DNA of 64,000 nucleotides. Origin: an uncultured Gammaproteobacteria bacterium (GTDB lineage: Bacteria; Pseudomonadota; Gammaproteobacteria; JAURND01). Of the stretch, positions 52,945 through 63,519 are shown piece after piece; position 1 is the first letter of the stretch, and each line of letters opens with the position of its first letter. Location: the NCBI GenBank assembly GCA_963714975.1, contig CAVQQD010000002.1, forward strand, positions 320,001-384,000, given 5' to 3'. Under the pieces are notes generated by a model. The model made no database searches. It was not told the origin of the DNA and saw nothing but the letters and a program-made list of their open reading frames with translations. The position numbers were made by a program, and so were the translations under genes.

Positions 52945-53325
52945 AGAGCTTATTGAGAAGGTAAAATGACGGAAAATTATGAAATAGGATATGGTGGCGC
53001 GACAGCTCCATGAGATGCTCCCTAGTTAATTACTTAGGTTAGACTATATAGAATGCAGGTATGTAAGGAATTGAAGACATAACCTTCTCGCTTGAGCTTG
53101 TTCTATAAAATTCTATAAATGTCTCAATTGTTTGATTTTATAGATGTTTCTAATTTTACTAACATCTCTAAAATGCTACAAAGTTCTGTACTTTTCTTGG
53201 CACGATTAAACAAGAATTACACCAGAATCCCTTTGCTTACACATAACCGCATGTTGCCCTGTGGCGTTTCTTACTTGCATTTAATCTCTAATGATACCTA
53301 TAATACAAGAACTATTGGAGATTAA

Positions 53326-54148
53326 ATGCAAGTAAACATTGATCTTTTTTTCTATGAACACCCCGTTTTTCGATACGAAGAATTTGCTTCCTGGAAAACT
53401 TCTCAAGGAGCAATTCGTGAGCATTCAATCAATACAGCCCTTCAGCATTACCTAAAAAGTGGCCGAATTATGCGCCTTCGACGAGGGTTATATGCAGTAG
53501 TGCCCCCTAATCAGTCGCCCGAAACAATGACCATTGATCCCTATCTAATAGCAGCACTAGTTGTTGAAGATAGCATACTGGCCTACCATACTGCCTTAGA
53601 GCTTCATGGGGTAGCTTATTCTGCTTTTCAAAAATTTACGTTCACAACCCAGCAAAAAATCAAGCTTTTTTTTTATTAAAAGCCAACAATTCCAGCCAGT
53701 TGCTTATCCTAGCGTATTGCGCCATCAACAAAATGAGGATTTGAGCGTAGAAATCATTAATCGCCAGGGTTTAAATATCAGGCTTACTAGTATGGCACGA
53801 ACTTTTGTCGATGTATTAGATCGTCCTGAATTAAGTGGAGGCTGGGAAGAAGTCTATCGCTCGATCAATTCCATGGTAGCATTGAATATAAACGAAGTAA
53901 TAAGGTATTGCTTGAAACTTGATAATTCACGGTTAGTGGCTAAAGTAGGATTCATTTTAGAACAACGAAAAGGAGCATTTGCAGTAACTGATCAGCAACT
54001 GGCGCCCCTATTAGCCACTAAACCAAAGTCGCCAGAATATTTGTCCCAAAGGACTCATCGGAATGGTGTTTTAATCAAAAAGTGGAACTTAATTGTACCA
54101 AAAAATATATTAAACCAATCCTGGGAAGAGCCCAATGTTGACATCTAA
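53326..54148 (+). pseudogene. AbiEi-family type IV antitoxin, frameshifted at poly-T ~53670
   Basis: RLRRGLY, LAYHTALELHG, RTFVDVLDRPELSGGWEE. Confidence 0.8.
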
Positions 54149-55088
54149 GCAAGAACTATTACAAACAGCTAAAGACAGTGGTTATAGACCTGAAATACTT
54201 GAAAAAATTATGCGATTACTTATGGTATTGGAACAATTTATGTTAGTACCCTATTTAAAAGATCGCCTAGTATTGAAAGGCGGGACGGCTTTAAATTTAT
54301 TTTATTTGGACCCCGTGCCACGGCTGTCCGTGGATATCGATTTAAACTATGTAGGGCAGGTTGGGCGTGAAAAAATGTTGGAAGAGCGCCCTGTAGTTAT
54401 AGATGCAATTTCTCAAATTTTGCTGCAAAACCAATTTGATCCGGAGCGTGCTCCTAATTATCACGCCGGCGGTAAGATGGTATGGCGTTATCCTAGTCTA
54501 CTGGGACAAAAAGGCAACTTAGAAATTGATTTAAACTATATGTACCGTCAACCCCTTTGGCCGTGTTCGCAAAAAATGCCAGTACTAGCCTTCAATAAAA
54601 TTTTTAGCGTCCCAGTTTTAGATATTCACGAATTAGCGGCTGGTAAGCTCTCTGCTTTGTTTTCACGACAAGCCAGTCGAGATTTGTTCGATGCTCATTC
54701 TTTATTTACAAAGTGCGCCCTAGTATCCTCTGCAACTACGCTTATCATTTGTCATTTATTTGGCAATGACATCTATCGAACTTTCTAAGTTAAAAGTAGA
54801 AATTATCAACTATGATATCGTTGATTTGCAAAATAAGTTAGTGCCAGTACTGCATCAACCCACACTTCCTCGATCACTTACAGCGCTAAGAGTATTTGCT
54901 AATAAATTGGTTAACGAATTGCATACTTGACAATACTCTTACCATTGGATGCACAAGAAACTGATTTTATTAAACAAATACGGCATAAGAATCTAATTAT
55001 TCCAGAATTAATCACTGAAGATAAATCGTTACATCAAAAGATATTAGCTCATCCAGCAATTTTATGGGCAGCTAAACAAAAAATTTAG
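54135..55088 (+). pseudogene. AbiEii nucleotidyltransferase toxin, two frameshifts
   Basis: LKGGTALN, RLSVDIDL, GKLSAL..RDLFD; continues to HPAILW..TAG at 55088. Confidence 0.85.
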
Positions 55089-55252
55089 ATAGGTCTAAGT
55101 ACAAAAAATAATCTATCTTACGCATTCATAACTCGCAAGAATGGTCGGCCACAGGAGAATCCCATTTTTTGGAGGTGCAATATTTTCCAAAACGGAACAT
55201 GTGACTTTTTAGTCTAACTCGAATAAGATTTTAGTACATACCTTATTGTTTC

Positions 55253-55556
55253 GTAAGCGTTCAGTCAATTACATCTTTAAATAAAATAACTTCATCCGTA
55301 AGCTGTAGTCTTTTACCCAGGAGACCAGCTAGTGAACGCTCATCCTCAAACTCATACCGACTGGCACAAGCTTATTGAAGAATATAAAAAAAGCGGCCTT
55401 AAGCGCAGTAAATTTTGTAAAGAGAAAGGAATGCCAGTCTCTCGATTTGCTTATTATCTTCAGGCGTACAATGCCCAACAGAAGCCTGCATTTTCTCAGG
55501 TTGTTGTGCAATCACAAATTATATCAACCACAAAGATCAAAATTGATTTACCTAAT
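55253..55556 (+). mobile_element. IS66 left end with tnpA-like remnant
   Basis: GTAAGCG terminus; W..LIEEYKKSGL..FC..G motif. Confidence 0.75.
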
Positions 55557-55653
55557 TCCAGGGTATGAAACGGTGTTTCCCGTTTACGAACGCGATCACT
55601 ACCGTCTGCCCTAAAAATTAATCTAGTAAAGCAAAATTATTATGCTTATTGTG

Positions 55654-56565
55654 TTATTGCCACCAGCCATGCGTTTGCCAATTCAATGGCAACCCCATAC
55701 CTTGTATCAGCAATAGATCATTATTTACGGATGTGATTAACTGTTCAATATTTTTTTTCCAATCAATACCATTACCATTTGCATGAATTAATTGTTTAAG
55801 AATAACCAATACTACAAAGAAATTATCGTTTTTTAGATTCTTGGGTAATAATTTTTGTTTATTCGCTAGGCCTTGTAAATTGGGACGAATGGCTAATTTC
55901 CTATTCCAAAGCCTTGAGTGATGGGCACAAATATTTCTAACATAGGTTAATACATGTAACCAGTCGGCTAATGTTTTTGGATGTAGGTCATATATTGCTG
56001 CAATGGGATATTTATCTTTATGATGTAGTCCATTAAAACCTAGATAATAAGCCAAAAGACATTATTTCAGTGGCCATCCATACTGGTAATCGAGGAAATC
56101 CGCCGTATTTATTTTTATAGTGAAGTATAAATTCTTCTTGAGAGCGTGGTGACTCTTTTTGCTCTAGTTCTTTGAGCCACTCTTCATGTTTGAATTTAGG
56201 GTGAAAATTAGCAGGAAGAATATGCGCGTAAGCACCATAGTGGTGGGCAAGATGGTAGGTGATGCGAGTACGTAAAGAGACTTCGATGCGCTCAATGGCA
56301 TCTAATACAAGTAAGGTAACTTGCGATCAAATTCATATCGCCTAACTGCTTGCTCAAATGAAGTTCCTGGAATAAAGTTATCCGAGACTTGACCTGTTTC
56401 ATCTCGTTTACGGAAAGGGAACCAATAAGCACTTAAACGATAGTAATTAATATGCGATATAACATTTAATGCATTTTGGTGGTCATCAATCTTAAGCCCA
56501 CGTGTTTGTAGTTGAGCAAGCTGTTCTTCGAAGGTTAATGCCTTTTTACTATAAGTTTTAGACAT
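55654..56565 (-). pseudogene. Abi family (AbiD/AbiF) HEPN protein, multiple frameshifts
   Basis: EEQL..L..RGL, INYYRLSAY, YEFDRKL, IERIEVSLRT, PVWMATE, RNICAH. Confidence 0.88.
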
Positions 56566-56589
56566 AGTTAAAGTTAGTTACATCCAGAT

Positions 56590-56648
56590 ATAAAAAACCG
56601 CCAAGGTTACGCATGGAACTAAGTTCTATAGGCGTGGCGGTTCTGTTA
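56590..56648 (-). ncRNA. Candidate abiF-type RNA antitoxin / structured leader
   Basis: AACCGCCA/TGGCGGTT outer stem plus U-tract and inner GAACT/AGTTC hairpin, directly upstream of the Abi gene and downstream of a TATACT -10 box. Confidence 0.65.
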
Positions 56649-56791
56649 AGGGTAAGTATAATCTAAGGAGACATTAAAGCAATATAAATTGTAATTAGTT
56701 AGCATGTTTTTCTGCAATCATTAGCCAATCTCGACCTAGCTTTTAGCTCGCCTAGGTGTGACTATACCTAAGTGGGCACTTAACACGAGGT

Positions 56792-57875
56792 TATATACTC
56801 GAAGCGTTTGAAATTTAGGCTTTATAGCGGCTCGTCTTGCGCTGATCTTCGCCCGATTCAGTAATAATTCCAATCCACAAGAAGTCAAATCTACGCTTTA
56901 AAAATTTTTAAAAAAATTAGAATAAGTGATTTATTTTTCTTATTAATTGGGTTATCATTTCTTTAAATTAAATTGAAACTTTTAGAGATGCAAGCATACT
57001 CAAAGTAATTCAAGCCAGTAATATCAAAATAGGGGGAAACTTATGGAAGATAAAAAAAGCAATTTGAAGCAGCGAAGCACGGCTAGTCTATTGCAGGAGG
57101 TATCGTCAAATATAGAGTACCCAAATAATGAAATTATCAGAGAATTATTCGAGAGAAAATTTGAAACTACAGAACAAGCCAAACAAATAATCAACGTAGG
57201 TGAGAAACTTGCCATGAGGGGCAATGTGGAGGCCCAATTCCAATTGGGATGCTGCTATGGAGCCGACAAATGGGTTAAGTATGACTCCAAAAAAATGATG
57301 AAATTCTATAAAATTAGCTGCTGATCAAGGTTTAGTAGAAGCGCAATTCAGCTGGGCCTACAACCAATGCCACTTCTGCTTACTCCCCGGGATAGAAAAC
57401 CAAAAAGAAGGGTTGAGGATGTATCTGCTTGCTGCTCTACAAGGTCATTTAAAAGCAAAGGAGAATCTACCTTATTTGAGGAAGTTCCCTAAAAATACTG
57501 ATGCAGCCTATGAGTTAGGAGTACAATTTGTTCTGGAAAAAATACATTCCACAAGTGAACAACACAAGCAATTACTAGAAAATCAATTGCGGCTTTTAAA
57601 AGAAAATTTTGATCCCCATCTTGGAAATAAAAAAATCGCAACCTTCGAAGAAGAAACAAACGCAAGTTTGTTCCAACAAAAGAATACTTTTTTTAATAGT
57701 CAAAAAGCTACAGAAGAAAAGAAGCCCATTAATCAGTCTATGGGAGGGAAAGTTAAAGAAAAAGAACTGATTGTCCCAAAGTGTTTTGGTCCGCCACCTT
57801 AGCTGAAAGTTAAGAAAATACGATGAGCAAGATGGGCCGCTATAAAGCCTAAATCTCAAACGCTTCGAGTATATA
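56792..57875. mobile_element. Unit bounded by 49-bp inverted repeats and carrying the Sel1 gene
   Basis: 56792-56840 vs 57827-57875 match at 46/49; both ends TATATA. Confidence 0.75.
57043..57802 (+). pseudogene. Sel1-like repeat protein, frameshift ~57310
   Basis: AMRGNVEAQFQLG, AADQGLVEAQF, AALQGHLKA. Confidence 0.8.
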
Positions 57876-58049
57876 CCCATCGCCTTTGAAGGCGCTGGGT
57901 ATAATTTTTTAAATATGACTGTCGCAAGCAAATCTTGCAACAGCCACTTAAGAGGGAAAATGGCGATTTTCCCTCTTAAGAATCTCCCATCGCCTTGCCG
58001 CACTTCAAGATGCTAAAAAGACAGCATCTTGAAGTGCAATGGGTATATA
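57870..58049. repeat. Second TATATA-bounded MITE-like palindromic element
   Basis: TATATACCCAT ends; internal hairpins 57947-57980 and 58000-58037. Confidence 0.7.
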
Positions 58050-58081
58050 CTGAGCTGCACCACGAAAAAATCACACCCCAT

Positions 58082-58399
58082 TTAAATGGATTTAAACGAC
58101 TGCAAGCTGTTAATGTGCTCATATAAACTCTCAGTCAATGCGCATTGATTTTTTTCATATTCTTCGTAGCGCTGATTAATCTCTGCATGTTGATCTAATA
58201 GTAATTCTGCCGCGCCGTTAATAATAGGATTTTTGTGCTCTAACTCTTCCTCGAGATCAGAAAAAAACACCTCGAGTGTATTGGCTTTGGCATGGTCTTG
58301 ATACAGTTGCCATAAATCTTCATACCGCTCTTTAATTTTTTGAGCTTTTTTCAAAGCGAGATAATTCTCTGGAGTTTTTTCTTCTTTAAAAAGTGTCAA
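58082..58399 (-). CDS. Hypothetical helical protein or fragment
   Basis: 105-aa ORF, TTG start with GAGGAG RBS. Confidence 0.45.
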   Translation of the reverse strand: MTLFKEEKTPENYLALKKAQKIKERYEDLWQLYQDHAKANTLEVFFSDLEEELEHKNPIINGAAELLLDQHAEINQRYEEYEKNQCALTESLYEHINSLQSFKSI

Positions 58400-58523
58400 T
58401 TGTGTACTCCTCTATCAATATCCAAGCAATGGAGGCGCCCTCATTAACTCAGGATGCTACGGCATTCTAGCATTTGGGGCTGGAGCCAATCAATAATATT
58501 CATATTCTCAGGCTAAACAGACT

Positions 58524-58985
58524 ATGTTTTTTAAGCGACGCAAGAGTACTCAAATTTCAAGGGCAGACGTTGCGCGCAGTTATGCGCAGCATCCTTCCTT
58601 GGCGCATCGGCTGCCCTGGTGTGATTATCACGAAGCCCATCAGGTTTTTTTACTGCAAGATTTGTGCAGCCTGGGGGTTGGCTTTGAAATTACCCCCATT
58701 GCCTGTGAGGCTCGACCCCCTGAAATGTTAGAGGCGATCCATCAGTCTTTGAAAAATGCATTGCAACACGCCATTCCGTTTGAGAAGGACCACCCGTGGA
58801 TTTTGCAAATTTTTGTGCAGCGCGACACCAATTTATCTTGGGTGCTGGATAAGGTGACCCAAGCGATCCCCAAGGAGCGACGTGATACGGCTTTAGTCCA
58901 AGCCCATCTCAATACTCTAAAAACCCACTTGGATTACGTCAGTCAACCGGGTGGTATTTTCATGGATACTGATGTGACCCAATAG
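58524..58985 (+). pseudogene. 5' fragment of ICE conjugative-transfer ATPase (VirB4/TraC-like)
   Basis: PSLAHRLPWCDY..FLLQD..SLGVGFEITPI.CEAR, PWILQ, GGIF.D. Confidence 0.7.
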
Positions 58986-59022
58986 GTCCTAGTTAGTGTC
59001 AGTGGCAGGAAGGCAAAATTTT

Positions 59023-62000
59023 TTAGAAGGAGGCATAGGAGGTAGTGCCTGTTGCCGTTGCGTTATCTCGTTTATTTTCTGCTATCTTTTTCAACACCCA
59101 ATCAATAGTATTTGAAAGATGAGGGTCCAGGAAGTAATTAGGTATTTGGGGATGACGCAAGGCATTACCTTCTGTTATTGCCTTGCGCAACCATGCGAAA
59201 AATTTTATTTGTTCTTCATTTGATACGTTATTGTCATCAAGCATTTGATTAAAATTTTCTTCTTTTTTTCCATTGGCTAACGCAGAAAGAAAATGATTTG
59301 CTAACTGATACGTCAACGGCGCATTTTCCTCTAATAATATTCTTTCGCCTTTCATGCTGTGCCACAGCGTAAATATATCTGCTTCATTTATGGGTTGTTC
59401 TGAAGTGCAATGACCCATTAAATTTTTTAATGAACCATTGCGCTGCAATAACCATGCTAATGAAAATGGGTCAGGTTCTGTTTGCGAGATATTAACCACT
59501 GTATTAATAAATTCATTATATATTATATGCAGGTCGGATAAGTTTAGGTTCTGCAGTAAACTGCGCCCATGGATTAAATTATGCTGTAATGCGTCTAAGC
59601 GATCATGTGATCCTTTCGAATAATAACATTTTAATACTTGAGCAGTAAAATACATGCATCCTTGCTTAGAAAACGTGCGAAGAGTGGATGTGATTTTCTT
59701 AGTATCGACTGAAGTAATATCTTCTTCATGTTTTATTGCTGTAATAAAACGCCGGATTGCGGTTAAATTTTCACTAAATTTCGGCAAGTTATCTTTGGAA
59801 TCTTTTTGGAAAAATGTCGTCGAACTGGTAGAACTACTCCTTCTCCTGATACTAGAGGGAGTTGTTTTAGCATCTATTGGGAGATTGGATGGTGAATAAA
59901 TTCCTCGTAATCCAGCTTCTATAGAAGCTCTTCTTTCCCTGCCACCATCAGGAGTGCTTCTAGATGCTATCGGGGGAGGAGTAACTGAATAAAGCTTTAA
60001 GGAATCGGATTCTGTAGACTTTTTTCTAGAAGTAGCTGTAGTTCTTCTTCGTTTTATTTCTTTTCCATCGGTGGACTGCAATGAAAAAGATTTAGTTCGC
60101 GGCTTTTCGGTGTGCGAAGCTAAGAAACAGTTTTTCACAGTTTCATACGTCGAACTGTATGCTTTAAGTTCATTAGATATTGATTTTAATTGTGACTCCA
60201 CGAGAGAGCAATTTTTAAAGATAATTTTAGTTTGTTGCTCATTAATCGCTTGTTTTTTTAATTTATCCGCATTTTCAAGAATTTTAGTTGTATCTCGTAA
60301 AAATTTTATATAATCATTGTGATAAGGAGAAGTGCTATGCTCGTTTGGCATAAATTCCATTCTACTATCTGAAATTTTTTTTGCTAGAGTAGCATACTCT
60401 TGCTCGGTATCTTTTATTATTTTTATTAAATCATTGATTTTTTCCTGCGGCACGGTTTTTTCCATAGTGTCGATTTTTTCTTTCTGCGAGTCATTCAATG
60501 TGGAAGAGGGTGGTGACGAAGATGGTTGCACCGAAGTTTGATCTATATCATCGGATGGAAGAGGTGGTTCCTGTGTTTTGGACTCTCGTTTAGGTGTCGG
60601 TTTTTGTTCAGTGGTTCTTGTCTCTTGCTGAGGGTTATGTTGTTTAAGGTTGGACTTATTTTTAGATTTATTTGAAAAACAAAAGTATATAAAAGCGCCT
60701 ATCCCTGCCACTACTATCAATAGGGGAACGAAAATAAAGGTGTTTTCATTTTTTGAAGTCTGGTGCTCGCTAGTTTCACCACTGTTAGGCTCAATCTGTG
60801 GATTTTCATGACACAGAAAGCTTGAATTCCTATGTGTATCGATATAATTTTCTGTCAAAGGAGTTCTATAGCGATTCACAGATTGGTCGCGTTGTGTTTC
60901 AGCATAATTCTTTAGTAATTCAATCATAGGTACTGCAATCGTAGGAGGACGTCCAGAGAATTGAAGTATACCAAGCGCTGTTTGGTCTTTCTTATTTTTT
61001 TTGTTAATAATATATGGATTTTTTCTTATTATTTTTTTAATAAAATCAACATTATGAAATAACACTGCCAGATGCAAAATAGTATCTCCGTTGTTGTTTT
61101 GTACGTTAAGATCGATCCTGTCATCAGCTAATATTAATTTAGTGATAGCTATCCTATTAACAGTTTTTACAGCATAAAATAACGCAGTTTCGCCAACATT
61201 ATCTTGCAAATTAATGTCCGTTCGAGTATTCCTTAGAATTGATTTTACTATGTTTTTTCGTCCTTTTAAGACAGCAAACATTAGTGCCGTCTGACTCTTT
61301 TTATCTTTTAGATTAGGGTTTGCACCTTTTCTCAGTATTTTTTTTATAATATCATGGGAAGCAGAATATATAGCTGCATGTAAAAGCGTATTTCCATGCC
61401 CATCTTTCAGATCTAGGTTAATTCTTTTATCATCTAACAACAAGTTAACAATATCTAAATCTAGATCTAGATTGTTTAATTTCAAAGATACAAATATAGC
61501 AGAGTGGCCATTGGGGCCAAGGATATTGATGTCAGTATGAGATTTATTCAGGAGTAGTTCTATTATGCCCCTATGTCGTTTTATAGTAGCATATATTAGC
61601 GCCGTAAAATCCATGGTATCTTTTAGGTTAGGATCAGCGCCTTTTTCCAATAATTTATCCACAATGTTTAAGTAACCATAATTTGCTGCCATCATTAATG
61701 CTGTCTCTCCTCTATTATTTTGTTTATTAATATCAGTGACTTGTTGTTCTAGTAGGTCAAAAACGATTTTTGGTTTATGATCTTCAAGTGCCTGCATTAA
61801 GGGGGTATTTCCCTTTTTATCTTCTGTTTTCGTTGATTGTTGTTGCGCATCTACTGTAGAAAAGAAGTAAGTATGTGTAGCAACAGCCAATGGTCTAATG
61901 CGCTCAGAGGGGTAAGTAGACAACTTGATGAGTTTGTTTTTTGTACGATAAATTAAGTGATCTAATGCGGCGTTAGTTTTATTCAGTAAGGTTGATTGCT

Positions 62001-62376
62001 TCACCCAGGTAATACCCAATAGGGGAAGAGAGATAGCTATATTTTTAGGGAAGGGAGACGTAGGGCCGTTAATATAATGCTTGATCCCATGTAAGCAATT
62101 GATACATAACTCGGTATCCCAGTAATCCGGTGTACGTGCAATATAATCTTGTAACGCCGTTATTAGATGTTTTACTGCGACATCATCGTTTTTTTCTATC
62201 TGGCCGTTACCTGCTATCGTATAATATTCGGAGAGTTCATCAGCGACAAATTCAACTAAAGGTTGCACATCTTCAGCGGTTAAATCTTCATTTTCCTTCA
62301 AAATAAATTTTTGTAGCTTGAGCTCATCTTCGCCGCTTAGTATAAACTTAAAAGTTGCAGGTTCACTATCTTGCAT
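59023..62376 (-). CDS. Ankyrin-repeat membrane protein, candidate effector
   Basis: ~9 ankyrin repeats (GNTPLM, GETALM, GNTLLH, GDTILH), central TM segment, coiled-coil and S/T-rich region. Confidence 0.9.
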   Translation of the reverse strand: MQDSEPATFKFILSGEDELKLQKFILKENEDLTAEDVQPLVEFVADELSEYYTIAGNGQIEKNDDVAVKHLITALQDYIARTPDYWDTELCINCLHGIKHYINGPTSPFPKNIAISLPLLGITWVKQSTLLNKTNAALDHLIYRTKNKLIKLSTYPSERIRPLAVATHTYFFSTVDAQQQSTKTEDKKGNTPLMQALEDHKPKIVFDLLEQQVTDINKQNNRGETALMMAANYGYLNIVDKLLEKGADPNLKDTMDFTALIYATIKRHRGIIELLLNKSHTDINILGPNGHSAIFVSLKLNNLDLDLDIVNLLLDDKRINLDLKDGHGNTLLHAAIYSASHDIIKKILRKGANPNLKDKKSQTALMFAVLKGRKNIVKSILRNTRTDINLQDNVGETALFYAVKTVNRIAITKLILADDRIDLNVQNNNGDTILHLAVLFHNVDFIKKIIRKNPYIINKKNKKDQTALGILQFSGRPPTIAVPMIELLKNYAETQRDQSVNRYRTPLTENYIDTHRNSSFLCHENPQIEPNSGETSEHQTSKNENTFIFVPLLIVVAGIGAFIYFCFSNKSKNKSNLKQHNPQQETRTTEQKPTPKRESKTQEPPLPSDDIDQTSVQPSSSPPSSTLNDSQKEKIDTMEKTVPQEKINDLIKIIKDTEQEYATLAKKISDSRMEFMPNEHSTSPYHNDYIKFLRDTTKILENADKLKKQAINEQQTKIIFKNCSLVESQLKSISNELKAYSSTYETVKNCFLASHTEKPRTKSFSLQSTDGKEIKRRRTTATSRKKSTESDSLKLYSVTPPPIASRSTPDGGRERRASIEAGLRGIYSPSNLPIDAKTTPSSIRRRSSSTSSTTFFQKDSKDNLPKFSENLTAIRRFITAIKHEEDITSVDTKKITSTLRTFSKQGCMYFTAQVLKCYYSKGSHDRLDALQHNLIHGRSLLQNLNLSDLHIIYNEFINTVVNISQTEPDPFSLAWLLQRNGSLKNLMGHCTSEQPINEADIFTLWHSMKGERILLEENAPLTYQLANHFLSALANGKKEENFNQMLDDNNVSNEEQIKFFAWLRKAITEGNALRHPQIPNYFLDPHLSNTIDWVLKKIAENKRDNATATGTTSYASF

Positions 62377-62616
62377 AATCCCTACCTCACAATGGCATCA
62401 CCAAAAAATCTTGGTTTTACCCCAAAAAAAAGGGGGGGGGGCATTTTTAATAAACTAATAACAATGAGACTATACTATCATAATGTAAAGCCTGGCAAGG
62501 TTTGGAATGATGGTGTATTATACCAGTCCACCCAAGTGGCGAGCAGCTAAACATGATATTAGACATCGTCCTACTTTCAAGGTTGCAATTCGCCTTCACT
62601 ATATTTAGCAGAGGTT

Positions 62617-63222
62617 TTGCAAAAGCCCGAGCTGGTCGCTAGCAATAAAACTTTACAAGTGGGTTCGCGCACCACCGCAATGCGTACAAACAAAGCCTGT
62701 GTGCATCCCGATCTGTCGAAAATCACTGATCCTTATGTTAAAGCCTCGGTAGAATTGCAGCGCGTCTTTGGTTTGCGGCGCGAAGAATCGCTCAAAATCA
62801 AACCCCATCTGGCCGATCAAGGAAATAAATTATCATTACTCGGTTCTTGGTGTAAAGGCAATCGCAGTCGCGAGATTCCGATTCGCACTGAAGAGCAACG
62901 CCGGTGTTTAGATCAAGCCAAAGGCTTGCTACCCACGCCCAATCAATCGTTAATTCCCGAAGCTAAAAGTTATATTCAACATCGCTATGTCTACGATAAA
63001 CAATTACAACGCGCCGGCATAAAATCTCATGGCTTACGTTATGCGTATGCGCAACAACGTTATTTCGAACTCACCGGTTGGCTCGCCCCGATTGCCGGTG
63101 GTCCAAAATTTCGCGACATGAACTATACGGAACAAAATCAGGATATTCGTGCCAGGATGATACTGACCGAGGAGCTGGGACATAGTCGCATCCAAATAAT
63201 ACAAGCGTATTGTGGAAAGTAA
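62617..63222 (+). mobile_element. Tyrosine recombinase/integrase, probably 5'-truncated
   Basis: FGLRREE, HGLR, LGH..Y catalytic residues. Confidence 0.85.
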
Positions 63223-63519
63223 GTTGTTATGCAAAGTTACTGGAAAATAATTTTCCAACCTATTCCTATAAATTCTATACTTCTCTTCGCATGATTACCA
63301 AGAACGATACAGAATTTTTTATACCACAACGTGTTTTTGTTGCTCAAATACACGCTGCGATGCAATTTTTTGATCACCTAATTTTTTTCTAGATTGAGGT
63401 TTACTTAAACTATCTCGATTGATATGCTACTTTCCTTGCGTTTCATTCTTAATCCCCAGATTAGCTATTCGCTGCGGCTCCAATCCAATGAACACGATAA
63501 CAAAAAAGGAGAGCACCCC

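Noticed and set aside
52966-53012. MTENYEIGYG fragment resembling a DUF5681 start
   Set aside because: Too short to support a call
57596-58003. 135-aa minus-strand ORF
   Set aside because: Spans palindromic repeats and is antisense to the Sel1 gene
1347-63392. Numerous other 60-125 aa ORFs overlapping longer genes
   Set aside because: Antisense or out-of-frame shadows without motifs
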